Shown one piece after another: positions 53,201-64,000 of a stretch of DNA of 64,000 nt; position 1 is the stretch's first letter; every line of letters starts with the position of its first letter. The DNA is from Antedon mediterranea (lineage: Eukaryota > Animalia > Echinodermata): NCBI RefSeq assembly GCF_964355755.1, contig NC_092677.1, positions 704,101 through 768,100 on the forward strand, written 5' to 3'. The notes below the pieces were generated by a model, which worked only from the letters and a program-made list of their open reading frames with translations, did no database searches and was not told where the DNA came from. A program made the translations under genes and the position numbers.

Positions 53201-56200
53201 GTATTATTATTATCAATACAAATCTGATATTCAACATTATTATTTTTATTTCACCATAACAATAACATACACATTTTTTAATACTTACGCAGTTCTTCTA
53301 CATTGCTTTGTTTAGAGAAAGCAGTGTTATTAGCTTCACATGTGTAGTTCCCAGCATCATTCTCTGTTGGTCCGCTCATTGTGTATATTAAAGGTAATGT
53401 AGATTGTTGGAAAATGATACCATCATCTTTGCTAAGGATTATGTTAGGAGATGGATTACCGTCTACTGAACCAGAGCATGTGAGTACTATAGTAGTATCA
53501 TTATAAGTGGAACTAATGGTGACAGTACCAGTTAAATCTGTCAACAAATAAAATTTTTCATTGATAAACACATTATATTGATTGCTTAACGAACATAGCT
53601 TAACTACTAAGGCTCGATGTCCAAATTATTCAAAATCAGCGCTACTACACATGTCTTTAAGTATGTAACATGTGGTTTAGTGCAACTTTAATGAATTAAA
53701 CATAAACACACAGTAGTTTAATATAGACATAGTTTATAAGAAATAATATAATTATTAAGGGTTTTTTTTTTAAACGCTATCCATAAGGTGTAATATTATA
53801 AATATTATTTTAATGTATGTGCAATATTTGTATACAGTACTTACCTACTATGAAAAAAAATGTGTTTGTGTGCTGCCTTAAATTAACTAGATTTACAGGT
53901 ATAATATTAAATCAAAATATGCATACATTAATGAATGAATGAATAAAGAGGGGAGAGACCAATAAAAGATAAAAAAAAAATAAAAAATCTTTGTTGGTAC
54001 AGTACATTTTTTGTTTTAAAGCTAATGGGAATTTTTGATATACACAAAATGTCATGAATCGTGTTGACTAGAAATTAATTTTTAGTTTTGTGAAACACGT
54101 CATTTTTACTCCACAGAAAGTTGGACCTTGATATAATTTATATACTTTTACTATAAAGTGTCAATACAAAAACATACTTTTAGTTTTTAATCAATCATGG
54201 AAATTCACACAAACATGACAGAAAGAAAGAAGAATAATAAGGGAAAATAAAAGATATCATACAATTACACACTAAGTGCGATAACTAATTACAATTTCAG
54301 GAAACATATTCTTCTATCAAATTCTGACCAATAAAAATCTTTATGGTGAGGACACCTGTTTTACAGTTTAATCAGTTATTGTTTAAATTTAAAAAAAAGC
54401 TCAGTCATTAAAGAATGTAACGGAGGTATCACCAATTTGCTTCTCATACTGTATGTACTTCTCATTTTGTTTATTCTTCAATATATTTATAATACATGGC
54501 ATAATTTTTTCAAACCTTGTCATTTACAAACTTTTTAATCCTCTGAGATAAAAGAGTAAGTACTGTAAATGTGTGAACTGTAATTTAGTAGAATGATATG
54601 AGCAACAAGTGCATTCAAAAACAATAGCAAAAGTAGCATATAATATAACTATAAATATTCATTAGCCACATTTTCATTTAAAATATAACATTGAATTTGA
54701 AATGAAAACATCAGAAAGAGAATTAGTAAACGATTGCTTTCCAGGATTCAAAACAGTTATTTACTTAATCTATTGATTTTAAAAATGTTTATATTTAATA
54801 GTAGTACTGTACTCACAGTAATTAAGTGTTACATTAGCATTACTCGTCACACTTCCAGCAGTATTATTTGCTTCACATCTGTAGATTCCGTTATCTGAAT
54901 CTGACACAGTAGCTATGGTGTATGTTAGAGGTAATGTTGTCTGTGTTATAATAATAGTGTTATCTCTATAGAGGTTTATATTAGGAACTGGGTCTCCTTC
55001 TACAGTACCAGAGCATGTGATTGTAACATTATGAGCAGTGGTATTAGAATTAACATTGATCGTAATCACATTACTACTTTCAAAATCTGTAAGAGATAAA
55101 ACGAAATATTTATTATTTCTTATTTTACAAATTTACAATGTTTACCAAAATATATATCATTTCATGAAACAATTTCAAATTGACCATGTGCAACTAATAA
55201 TGACAATTAAAACTCTACAACATTACAAAGAACATTCACTTTTTTAAAAGAATAAAATCTGGAATGAATGTATCTCTTCGACTTGTTTGATAATAATCGT
55301 AATGTTAAATATTGAATAATTAATAAAATAAATAAAAATTGTATTAAAATGTATTCAGTTGATTTGGTACCCAGATTTAGCATTTTAATAGTACTATAGG
55401 CCAAACTTACTGTAAAAACAATGGTTAACTTTAAATCTCTGTAATTATCTTTTACAAAAAAAAGTTTCTTTCTGACAATCGAGAAAAAGGCTACTCCTTT
55501 TAAAACGAGAAATGTGACAATCTTGCAACCTTTGCCATCTGCTTATTTTCCCATACTATCTTGTTTGTGAGTTTATGGTCGAAGGTCGGGAAGGAGGTAT
55601 AATTGAAGGTTTTGTATGCCAAATCGAGTTATATAATCATACTTCGACCATTTTTGGAGAAATTTTTCCATGAATGTTAATATAGGCATCTTCCAAATAA
55701 TTTGACACCAAGATTATTTCATTTAATCAAAGCATTAAGCGAAGGTATGACAATTTTCTTTTCAATGGGTGAAAATATTCAAATTGAGGTCAGATGTCAA
55801 AGATGAATTTAGAAATATGACAGCATATGTTTTTACAATATATGCTTGCTTCAAACATTCATAACACAATGTTTACACTTTCCCATGATTTGCACACCTT
55901 TTTTTTTGACATAGGGAACTGGACTAAATTAAAAAATGTACAGCACAATTTGAAACAATGTAAAGGTATATTTTGGTATTTTGATAAAGTAAAACCAATG
56001 CAAGTAATAAATTAAAATAACTTTATAAAATAAAGAATAAGATTTATATTTTAATCAGATATGGTCATTTTCACAATCAGTGGTGTAACTGGCAATTTTA
56101 ACCTTTTAAGGTGTAAAATAAATTCTTAGTTTTTTGGTTATAATACTACCCCAGGTCCCTTGGATAGCAATAACAAAGTTTCAGCGATTCATTTTGCGGA

Positions 56201-57209
56201 TATAGCAGTGTCAGATATGTAAAAAATGTGACAAATTTGGTGTACTGTACAAACACATCATTTTTCCAAAAGCCAGTATATTATATATTTTATATAATTT
56301 CCTATATTTTTTGTGTAATAATTATAGCAAAGTGATTAAACTAACACAGCATTTTAGTTTTCAGAATATTATCCCTTTCCTACACGAGACGTACAATTTT
56401 TGTTTTGGAGGACGACAAATATCCTGTGTTTGCTAGAGCGCAAAATCATAAACAGTCGACATGTTGACTGTTTATGATTTTTGAGTCTCATCCTTCATCA
56501 AACAAATTAAATATCATTACAATTATCTTCAAAATAACTTACATATAACATTCAGAGTAACATCATCCTTGCCAGAAGATACACCAGTAATAACAACATC
56601 ACATTCATAATCACCACTGTAACTACGTAAAGTGTTAGCAATCACAAGAGCTCTGTCATCATTTGGATCAAGACTAAAAATAGCACTATAGGCAGGCAGC
56701 ACGTCTTTAGATACACCCACAACAGTTGTTGCTATAGATTCAGATGCCCCTCCTGTGACATTACTCCATGTTATGATAATAGTCCCACCACTTGTAGGAT
56801 TGTAGTTACATATCATTCTCGTTTCAGTTCCTTCAATCACATCGTCCAAGTTGTCAATAGTTACAGTCACACCAGTGCATGTGCTGAAAAAAACTAAGAG
56901 AAAAATTAAATAATGTAATTCATTCATCATCAAAATGGCAAATTAATCAAACCTGTAGGGGCATAATCATATCGCATCCAAACCATACCATGTGATTCAG
57001 CATGCAAACTATATTTTTTTTTACAGAACGGTTTGCTCAGGTGAATAATTTGTTTTTCTCCAATTGTTGATCAAAAGGAATAACTATATTGTGACAATCA
57101 TTGAAATGGCATGTATTAAAAAAATAATTCCTTATAATTGTTAGCAACCAGTATAAGTATGTATACCTGCCAATGATAAGACAACAGTGAAGTTTTCCTT
57201 TAAAGCCAT
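17068..57209 (-). CDS. Gene B: inhibitory Ig-superfamily receptor, SP-IgV-IgC2-IgC2-Ig-TM-cytoplasmic Ig-ITIM-ITSM, 685 aa
   Basis: Exons 57209-57167, 56893-56543, 55086-54817, 53537-53289, 53163-52912, 29978-29886, 27623-27599, 26503-26418, 25685-25661, 25347-25052, 23058-23034, 20141-19943, 17211-17068; all GT-AG; phases match at every junction; total 2058 nt with no internal stop. Confidence 0.82.
19943..20141 (-). CDS. Gene B cytoplasmic exon with LYTEV tyrosine motif
   Basis: Acceptor gttctccag phase 2; KKNKSNVEP...GDLYTEVNL...PAQVD; donor GTAAGT phase 0. Confidence 0.88.
20411..22593 (-). mobile_element. Non-autonomous Helitron copy carrying a nested insertion
   Basis: TC 5' end at 22593, hairpin plus CTAG 3' end at 20411, inserted between A and T. 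Confidence 0.88.
21315..22173. mobile_element. Non-autonomous insertion at a TA site inside the Helitron
   Basis: Absent from sister copies (tacatttgta|taatcgtata at 41911-41930); TA duplicated; ends TTATACAG / CTATGTAA; a related end lies inverted at ~20168-20250. Confidence 0.7.
23034..23058 (-). CDS. Gene B 25-nt microexon (ASKNAKSSS)
   Basis: ttttaaacag|CCAGCAAGAATGCAAAGTCAAGTTC|gtgagt; phase 1 to 2. Confidence 0.75.
23444..25033 (-). mobile_element. Non-autonomous Helitron copy with ~260-bp internal tandem duplication
   Basis: Same TC and hairpin-CTAG termini; 24022-24282 repeated at 24283-24575. Confidence 0.88.
24471..24484. mobile_element. 14-bp transposon footprint with 7-bp TSD
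   Basis: GTACAGC|CAGGGAACTCCCTG|GTACAGC; empty site with a single GTACAGC at 24191-24197 in the duplicated segment. Confidence 0.8.
25052..25347 (-). CDS. Gene B V-like Ig domain exon downstream of the TM exon (predicted intracellular)
   Basis: FKVKLAKAEISTDSCLQIDY...FDWHK...SRFTVADDGSLKIPKVKEDDDGHYCCEM...VKFTVTN; acceptor ttcaataaag phase 2, donor G|GTAAGT. Confidence 0.85.
25661..25685 (-). CDS. Gene B 25-nt microexon (GNKTGKSSS)
   Basis: cttttatacag|GTAACAAAACTGGAAAGTCAAGTTC|gtaagt; phase 1 to 2. Confidence 0.75.
25981..26361 (-). repeat. tRNA-derived tandem repeat (~246-bp unit, 1.5 copies)
   Basis: aattagatgtttttgcccta at 25981 and 26227; tRNA-like GCTCGGTGGTCTAGAGG...GGTTCGAGTCCCACCCGAG at 26130-26059. 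Confidence 0.75.
26418..26503 (-). CDS. Gene B acidic cytoplasmic linker exon
   Basis: KIVEGEDQDDGSNQHGSENISLASPTGS; acceptor gatttag, donor G|GTAAAT; phase 2 to 1. Confidence 0.75.
26919..27380. mobile_element. Harbinger-like MITE
   Basis: TIR TACCCCTTTCACACC / GGTGTGAAAGTGGTA; TAA/TTA flanks. Confidence 0.7.
27599..27623 (-). CDS. Gene B 25-nt juxtamembrane microexon (KCWNNKHIG)
   Basis: ttttatcatcag|AATGCTGGAACAATAAGCATATTGG|gtgagt; supplies basic residues after the TM; phase 1 to 2. Confidence 0.72.
27941..28607 (+). mobile_element. Helentron/HINE (DINE-1-like) non-autonomous element
   Basis: ttACCTCCGCCaaGGAGGT start, GTTT microsatellite, subterminal GGTGGAGGTA, hairpin CACTCtcgGAGTG, CTAGTT end. 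Confidence 0.8.
29092..29819. mobile_element. Tc1/pogo-like MITE close to the TM exon
   Basis: TIR CCATACTGACACGGCTATAAGCCCA / TGGGCTTATAGCCGCGTCAGTACGG followed by TA. Confidence 0.8.
29886..29978 (-). CDS. Gene B transmembrane exon
   Basis: RFEDWEIALIIIGAILGFIIVCSVVACVTI; acceptor ttaatatag, donor A|GTAAGT. Confidence 0.88.
30437..30612. repeat. CGCCCACAAATGTGAAAA tandem array, likely one end of a foldback DNA element
   Basis: About 7 degenerate 18-23-bp units; no matching second end seen. Confidence 0.7.
31561..35145 (-). mobile_element. Near full-length single-ORF L2-type LINE (APE endonuclease + RT), broken by a small deletion
   Basis: ORF 35056-32348 has WNARS, ITESW, GDFN, SDH, YRPI, AFDT, GVPQGS, YADDT; C-terminus continues in 32351-31686; 3' end AGCGCTTTGA..GCGCTTTATAAAT(TTA)n; AGCCTT duplicated at 31555-31560 and 35146-35151. 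Confidence 0.93.
35254..36046 (+). mobile_element. Truncated CR1/L2-group LINE RT C-terminal fragment
   Basis: YIRPILEYAAPVWH and IEKVQKRALRI motifs; aataa tail at ~36030-36046. Confidence 0.8.
35368..35579 (+). mobile_element. Short LINE 3' end nested in the previous fragment
   Basis: KTNRYAKSFIP terminus, (TCTTA)n tail, ATGTC duplicated at 35363-35367 and 35580-35584. Confidence 0.65.
36046..37632 (-). mobile_element. Helentron/HINE non-autonomous element
   Basis: ACTAG terminus, hairpin ACTCGTCActtTGACGAGT, subTIR TAGTTATCCGC matched by GCGGATAACTA at the other end. Confidence 0.78.
40859..40989 (-). CDS. EGF-domain exon within gene B, 131 nt, out of phase by 1 nt
   Basis: CSLLCINEGICEIVNDTEVCICPNKFEGDLC has six EGF cysteines; acceptor tctcatag, donor GTAAGT. 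Confidence 0.7.
41194..41420 (+). mobile_element. tRNA-headed SINE with Deu/Nin-like core
   Basis: A box TGGCCGAGCGG, B box GGTTCGAG; core GCACTTTAAAGAACC..TTTCGAGACGAGTAGGGG..CCCCGGTGT resembles the Deu domain. Confidence 0.75.
41771..42345 (-). mobile_element. 5' portion of the same non-autonomous Helitron
   Basis: Near identical to 24575-25033; TC terminus at 42345; 3' end missing. Confidence 0.85.
42414..42580. mobile_element. Harbinger-like MITE, 167 bp
   Basis: CTGTCTACACTATCAAA / TTTGATAGTGTAGACAG inverted ends; TAA TSD. Confidence 0.8.
42680..42798 (-). pseudogene. Decayed EGF-like pseudo-exon
   Basis: Acceptor ataaatag, then CIYEDACF, frameshifted GGH.., YGNGSCECD; contains indels and a stop. 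Confidence 0.45.
42960..43940 (+). mobile_element. 5'-truncated LINE, RT C-terminal region
   Basis: ORF 42971-43720: KSKYMIF, FNFLGI, LNW, LYNSLV.SHIHYGILLWG, terminal CxxxxCxxC. Confidence 0.85.
46719..47255. mobile_element. Tc1/mariner-like MITE
   Basis: TA|CAG...CTG|TA with repeated GCGGCCAC subterminal motifs. Confidence 0.65.
47425..48274. mobile_element. MITE with 22-bp perfect TIR
   Basis: CAATAGAGAGAAATGGCGAACC / GGTTCGCCATTTCTCTCTATTG. Confidence 0.8.
48603..51575. mobile_element. Academ-like non-autonomous element with ~600-bp TIRs
   Basis: TAGTCCAAGAGCATTAG / CTAATGCTCTTGGACTA termini; 48603-49220 is the inverted copy of ~50975-51575; CCT TSD. Confidence 0.8.
49881..49939 (-). 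pseudogene. Degenerate tRNA-Ala-like sequence
   Basis: GGGGACTAGCTCAAATGGTAGAGCGCTCACTTAG..AGAGGTACCGGGATC; 3' side of the anticodon arm deleted. Confidence 0.6.
52912..53163 (-). CDS. Gene B exon 5, cysteine-free Ig/PKD-like domain
   Basis: PGKWVTIEV..ANP..SYNWSIDG...ITVNVTNLIGS...ITV; acceptor ttttccag, donor G|GTCAGT. Confidence 0.85.
53289..53537 (-). CDS. Gene B exon 4, Ig C2/I-set domain
   Basis: VLTCSGSVDGNPSP...DAGNYTCEANN; phase 1-1 splice sites. Confidence 0.92.
54817..55086 (-). CDS. Gene B exon 3, Ig C2/I-set domain
   Basis: VTITCSGTVEGDPVP...DNGIYRCEANNTAG; phase 1-1 splice sites. Confidence 0.92.
56543..56893 (-). CDS. Gene B exon 2, Ig V-set domain
   Basis: MICNY...ITW...LVIANT...SGDYEC...VTLNV; acceptor ctcttag, donor T|GTAAGT. 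Confidence 0.92.
57167..57209 (-). CDS. Gene B signal-peptide exon MALKENFTVVLSLA
   Basis: ATG at 57209; donor G|GTATAC; joins VFFSTCTG of the next exon; an acceptor ctctttcag at 57242 implies an upstream UTR exon. Confidence 0.75.
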
Positions 57210-58960
57210 TTGTAATCACAGAGAAATTCTATTTTAATTACCTGAAAGAGAACAAAACATTGTGTAATTCAAAAGAATACTATTCAGTATTCATTTATTC
57301 ATGGTCAAACACAGTAAAATATGTACATGGTTTGAAATTATTTAAATTCACATAAAAATATAAAAATGAGTTAAAAAGGTTAAAATTTAGTAAAATACAG
57401 ATAAAATGAATCGTTTAAAATACAAAATTGGTGTGTGTAAGGGTATAAATGATCAAAGTTTTGCTATAGACATATATGTCATATTTAAATGCTTAGTACT
57501 CTACTCTAAATTGGCAGTACTCTCGCTTAAATCTGTGATCGATTTTGTCGCAAATTTCAATATGTCAATGCAGAAATAATTCTCTTCCAAATATATAAAA
57601 TTATTTTTCATCATTGTCAAATAATTAAATGAACAGGAAAGTTATATACTAACTGTCAACTAAACTATTTAGAATGATAAACGCTTGTTTAACGGTTTAA
57701 CAACAATCAAATATTTATATTTCGACAATTAAAAAAAACAATTTCAAGGGCGCATTGTATCCTGAAATTTGCTAAATAAATTAAAAGTTTTTAAATGAAT
57801 CTTGAATGAATTACAAGAGGACGCCACAAATTTGAATCCACTGTATTTCTTAGTGCAAAAACAGAGAACAGATGATTTGTCAGAGAAGCAGTTTTAATGA
57901 AGTTTTTCACTTCCATAGAAAAAAAAGCAAAAATGATTTCAAATATAAAAGACAAACTAAACAGTTAAATTTAACCAAAAACTCATTGTCTGACACTGAC
58001 AGACAATTTGACTATTTTTTGCTTTAAATTACAGTGTTTTAAGGTAAATAATAAAGTTAATAACGTTAATCCAGTGATGCATCAGTGATTTTCACCTTAA
58101 CCAATGAAAATACACGACCACGATTAGCATGCAGACAGCAACTACATACCTGTACCTGTACCCTAGTATACGATAGCGAAATAGCTATGGCAAATGTATT
58201 TTCAGGTTTGTAATTTTAACAGTAAAGTTGGCGTCAGTGATATGATATTTTCAATCAATTAATCAGATAATTTTCCGTTTTAAATTATTTTGAATTAAAA
58301 TGCAATTCTACAAGTAGTAAGAACAAATCAGTATATTTAAAGGTAACATTATATAAAATATAAATAAATTACAAAAAACAGTTTTATGATGTAAACTTTC
58401 ATTCATTGTCATGAATGTATACAAAGTTCTATCTGTTTTGACCTGATCAGAGTGTTTCAGGTACAGGCATGAATTTTGAATATAATATCTGGTTAATTGT
58501 ACATAAATCAAATATATAATTTGTAATAGAAATCAAGACGAAAAAACATGAATTTCTCTTAAAATGATCAAATACAAAAATTTGGCAAAATTCTGCTATA
58601 AAAACCAGGAATAGTTAGGTAGTTTAACCTAATGTAATAACAGTTCTGGTGACTCCCTAGAAGGTGAAAAAAGATGGCGGACATACGGTTGATTTTTTTC
58701 CCCCACCTGCCATTAACGCAAGGCATTGGAATGTTGTGTCTGAACACCTTGGCTTTTAACGCCACGGATTACCGTATGCCTTACGTAGATAACGCTACCT
58801 TAACGCCATGAGTCTGAACATACCCTAAATGGACATTAAAACATCTGGACAATCTATTCACTGGACCTTCTGGGGCAAGTTCATGAACTCAATTGAATTG
58901 TAATACAAAGGTTGATTTCTCAATTATAAATGTATATCATTACATTACACTACACATAGG

Positions 58961-60776
58961 GGTGTCAGATGAAATCGGTCGCGTCTGAAATCGGTCGCGT
59001 TTGAAATCGGTCGCGATAAAATCAACTTCCGGTATTTTTTATGGCGCGCCGCTAGAGCTATACGTTTAATGATATCGGTCGCGTTTGAAATCGGTCGCGT
59101 TTGAAATCGGTCGCGTATTGCATGGGACGCACTACAATACATTTTTAATGAAAACGCTAATTATGTTTTTAGTTAATTTTGAATATAGAATTTCTAACTA
59201 ATACTATTAACATTTTGTTTACCTCGATCGTTATTATTTTTTTAGTACAGTAGGCTTAAATATAAATATTTATCTCATTATTTATAAATAATTTGTGTTT
59301 TCATTTTATCTTACCCTAGGTGTCAATGAATAATTGTAATGTGTTCGTTTAGAAAATCGTTTTAAAAAGTGTTATTGAATATTGTTTAAGTTTTTGAAAA
59401 GATTAGCATGCCACTGTTTAAAGTTTTAAAAATGTTGAATTAAACAAGTAGACGCGCCTATTGCGTATTTTTTTATCACAGTTAATTACGAAACTAGTTC
59501 TATACCTGCAAGTGGATACCAGCTCAATGAGGTTTATGCAATAAAGGAAGATGATGTATGACGATGATTTTTACGTTCGATATCCGCCACTCTTACGTGA
59601 GCATGGTTTTAGGATAATACTAATAAAATAATATGCCGTTATATATCAATCTAAACTGTACAATGATAGGCCTAGTGATTATTATAAATGTATAGAAAAT
59701 ATATAGAAATAAAAGATATTCAAATTAAAAACTATAGTATTGCCAGGGTATATACGTAAATTATATACATCATTTCACCATGGAACTAGGTTTCACAAAA
59801 CACGTGCAGGCCTATAGATGTTTTAAACGTATGGTTATTAGTAATAGGCCTATTATACGTCATCTTTACATGTCCATGGACAACGATCGCCGTACGTGTT
59901 TTGTCCATGATTTGACACACCGCGTGTTTTTTTTAAAAGGGAATCCCCGTCAGCAAAATAACGTGCAGTTAACGTCTGCATGATCATAGAAGGCGCATCC
60001 ACGATATGATTAATGGCCTATTTCGGGGTTTATTTCAGTAACTCGCCTTTTAACGATCCGCATATAATAATATCATTTTTTACTAGAAAATATTTTAGGC
60101 CTAAACATTAGAAATAAAAATATACACGTGATTTGCCTCAACAATATTCATTATAGGCCTAAACTTAATATTATCCTACATAACGTACGGACATAAATAA
60201 AATAGAAATTAAAATACGGTAAGGTAATCCAATAGTAAGTTTTTAACGACATGGATATGATATATCTGCCACAGTATGCATAAGTATAAAAATGGATACG
60301 CTGGCTTTACGGGCTTTATATTGTTTGATTAATAAAAGACACAGACGTATATTCTCTATATAATATATTAATTACACAGAACATAATAAAATAGAGGTAA
60401 ATTATTATATGCCTAATAAAATATTTAAACAACGTGTTTAGAAATGGCCATTTAGAAAAGACACAGTCCTTCTTCTCCGAGACATGTGAAATAAAAATAA
60501 AATGATAATAAATATTTATTAACCGAAATAAAAAATATCCACATAAATAATCTAGTTTCTAAAAAATATCAATTAAATAAACTATATAAACGAAGAAAAT
60601 GTATATCCCGCTAGCATGCATCTCGCTCCATACAAAATAGCGCGACCGATTTCAAACGCGACCGATTTCAAACGTATAGCTCTAGCGGCGCGCCATACAA
60701 AATAGCGGAAGTTGATTTTATCGCGACCGATTTCAAACGCGACCGATTTCAGACGCGACCGATTTCATCGTAAACC
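58961..60776. mobile_element. Foldback/Mutator-like non-autonomous element
   Basis: ~150-bp TIRs built of TGAAATCGGTCGCG repeats; CACATAGG duplicated at 58953-58960 and 60777-60784. Confidence 0.85.
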
Positions 60777-61240
60777 CACATAGGCTATGTATAAAAGGGG
60801 AAGCCTCGTATTCACAAATTGCGCATAACACATTAACAGTAAAATAATACCTACGTTTAAATAGGATAGGTTTCCTGTGTAGACCTACCGGATTAGGCCA
60901 ACTTCGGCCACAGACAATTTCGGCCACAGACAATATTACTACCATATCTATGGAACGCCCATAGTGCCATTGATAGGGGAACAATGAGACACGACAATGT
61001 AATACAGGATTATCGATTTCATTGCGTTTTACTTTTGTTTTTTGTTTTTACACAGGAAAACACGGACACAGACAAACTTGGCAATTAATTAATTAATTTA
61101 TAATGAAAATAAAATACCTACCTACCTACCTACCTAGTAGTTAGGCCGATTTATTTTTGTTTCTAGATTTATTCTTCTCCCACACACCGGCCGCGAAATT
61201 TGTAAACACAGAGCGTACCAAGTTCTCCGAGTGTACTTAC

Positions 61241-61340
61241 TGTATCAAAGATAATCAGGTAAATAAAACCATGCCAAATTGACTATTGAGAATTCTCAAC
61301 TATTACCACAGTACGACTGTACGACGAAGTCTACTGGTAT
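61241..61340 (-). other. Candidate non-coding first exon / promoter region of gene B
   Basis: Strong donor GTAAGT at 61240-61235 in non-repeat sequence; CCAAT and GGAA motifs near 61355-61415; boundaries uncertain. Confidence 0.3.
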
Positions 61341-61639
61341 AATCGGATAGGCTGATTTCCTTGTTAACTTAAGGGGTTCATTTAATTACTGAATTCTGAT
61401 TGGTAGTAAGGAAATGTACTGGAATCCTATTGGATGGTAAGGTAGTAGGACAATGTCCATCCCATTGCAGTAATAAATAAAGTTGAGCTCTCGATTATAG
61501 TCATTTTGGTATACTTGAGCACAGTGTGCTTCAGTATATATATATATATTTCAGTGATAAAGAATAGGATAAACTTAACAATATTATACAACAAATAACA
61601 AAAGTACACGATGCAGTTTAACACTGTTTTCATTCATCG

Positions 61640-63478
61640 ACATTCGTTATTCTAGGTAATATAAGTGCATTGTAGGCCTATACCGTTAACAAGATTTTAC
61701 TTGATAACATAGACTTCACTTTGTTTAAATTATTCTAGAAATACTGTTTGCTACCTCATTTACATGAAAATTAAACGATAAATTTTCATCCAGAAATAAG
61801 CCTAGAAATTTAACTTCAGTAGCTTTTACAATACATTAATTTCCCATCCTCAATTCTAGTGAGGTAGTGTCAGCTGACTTATTTCTAGCCTTAAATATAA
61901 CATATTTTGATTTGTTTACATTTAGCGTTAATTTGTTAGCAATAAACCAGTCCGAAAGTATAGATAACTCCTGGTTCATTGTATCAAAAGCTTGACTAAT
62001 ATCATTGTGACTATAAACACATTTGTGTCATCTGCATACATAATCATGTCTACATGGTTATATGCTAGACTAATATCATTAATGAATATAAGAAATAATA
62101 ATGGACCCAATATGGATCCCTTAGGAACTCCAATGTTTACTGTCATTTACTAGACGAAGTAATAACAATAAATGTGTATTGTAGTCTTTTTTAAGATAGT
62201 TTGAGAACCAGTTAAGCGGAACTCCTCTTAGGCCTATACCATAAAATCTTAACTTATCTAATAATATATCATGATCGATTGTATCAAACGCTTTTGATAA
62301 ATCAAGGAAAACTCCTAGTGTGAACTCTTTATTCTCAATAGCGTTTGTGATTTTTTAAATCGATTGTATTAAAGCATGACTAGTTGAATGGTGTTGTCTA
62401 AACCCATATTGTGTTTTACGTTATATTTTGAGAGGTAACAAATCGTTTGATCATACACAATCCTCTCAAATATTTTGGAAAAAAAGGGTAAAATGGAAAT
62501 AGGCCGATAATTATTTATATCTGAGATGTCACCATTCTTAAATACCGGGATAACTTTAGCAATTTTTATATCAGCCGGGACACAGCCCGATGATAATGAC
62601 GTATTAATAATATGCAATAAAGGTTTTAAAATAAACGGGGAAGCAGATTTTATGAGTTGGACACTTATACCATCATGGCCAGGAAAAGTATTCTTTGTGT
62701 TTTTAATACAGTGGTTAAGTTCATGTTCAGTAACAGGTTTAAAAAACATGAAGAGGTAAAATTTCCCTTTAAGAAAGTTCTGTGGGTGATTTGATAATTT
62801 TGACATTCATGCCTAAATTTATTATTTAGTTTTTCTCCAATATTAATAAAAAAGGAGTTGAATGCACTAGCTTTCTCATCATTATCAAAGAAAGTCTCAG
62901 TACCCAATTTTATTTTTGTAGGCAAATTGGTAGTGTTTTTCCTACCCATTATATCATTTGGGATTGTTCACGTTTTTTTAATAATCTTGCTTATTTTGTT
63001 CAAACTGGACCATATAATATTCTTTTTCCCGATTTCTAATAGTAGTGGTTAACTTGTTTCTAAAATGTATGTACGTGCTTTTATTAGTAGTGGTGTTATT
63101 TTGTTTGTACTTTTTATATAATTTATGTTTTTGAGAGATAGCTCTGGCAATTTCAGCTGTGATCCAAGGAGATTTTAACTTGTTCGCCTTATTTCTAATT
63201 CGTTTTAAAGGGAAACAATTATCAATTGCTTTATTTGTAAAATTTTGATAAGCAACATTCGCATTATTTGAGAATAGCACATCATTCCACTGATTGCTTT
63301 GTAATTCTTGCAAAAAATACTCCGTTTGTTGAGGAGAGTATTGTCGTTTATATACAAATCGTGGATATTGCTTATTATGTTTTTCCAAAGTATCTACACA
63401 GAATATTGGGAAGTGATCAGAAATATCAGTAATTAGTATTCCACTTTTAAGGGACGTAGTAAAAGAATCAATGTTGCA
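61640..63478 (-). mobile_element. Degenerate LINE ORF2 (endonuclease end + RT), multiple frameshifts
   Basis: [48 protein letters not shown] motifs spread across frames. Confidence 0.88.
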
Positions 63479-64000
63479 ACTAGATTTAATTCGTCACTAT
63501 GACGAATTATAGGTTATATGCATTGATTTAAATAAAGATAATTGATTTTTAAAAGATATTTTGATTCATTGATTTTCTCAGATTCTTTAATTATTTATAA
63601 TATAAGATAGGACCTTGCTAACGCGAATACAATAGCCGGTATCACAATCCGATCAAAGATCCCTCTGCGTATAATGTCATAAACCACATTTGCTGTTACA
63701 TAATAATAAAGACATAAGTTATTTTTTATCTAGATTTCATTATAAATCATGTGTATAATATATACACTAAGAAATAAATTTGAACAAACAATACGGATAA
63801 TAAAAAAAAAATCTTATTTCGTTTCCCAAAAGGTGAGGCTCGATCTCGGTACCTTGAGTGCCATAGACACGAGCACACACCACCGAGCCATACACAGCTG
63901 ACTAAAAATTGTAGAAAAATTCCTCCGTGTATTTACTATGCAGTAACCACTTTGGTGCAGATAGATTATTACATACCGCAATGAATTATAATTTTTTACT
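63479..64000. mobile_element. Helentron/HINE-like element interrupting the LINE, runs off the window
   Basis: ACTAG terminus with hairpin AATTCGTCActaTGACGAATT, similar to the element at 36046. Confidence 0.55.

Overview
AT-rich animal genomic DNA, probably from a marine invertebrate; a Deu-domain SINE is compatible with an invertebrate deuterostome, but the taxon is inference only. There are no prokaryotic features. I assembled two convergent, intron-split immunoglobulin-superfamily receptor genes by hand from splice sites and intron phases. Gene A (+, 3255-8552) is signal peptide-IgV-IgC2-Ig-TM-tail ending in an ITIM, but a 1-nt frameshift stops it before the ITIM exon. Gene B (-, 57209-17068) has 13 in-phase exons, 2058 nt, 685 aa: signal peptide-IgV-IgC2-IgC2-Cys-less Ig-TM, then a cytoplasmic region carrying a complete V-like Ig domain AFTER the TM, followed by YTEV, an ITIM (LQYADL) and an ITSM (TTYASI). 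This inhibitory receptor with an apparent intracellular Ig domain is the main discovery candidate. The introns hold an out-of-phase EGF exon, a decayed EGF exon, a near-complete L2-type LINE, four copies of a non-autonomous Helitron, Helentron-type elements, nested Kolobok-like, Academ-like and MITE insertions, SINEs, and two probable P-superfamily excision footprints. No transcript or database evidence was available.
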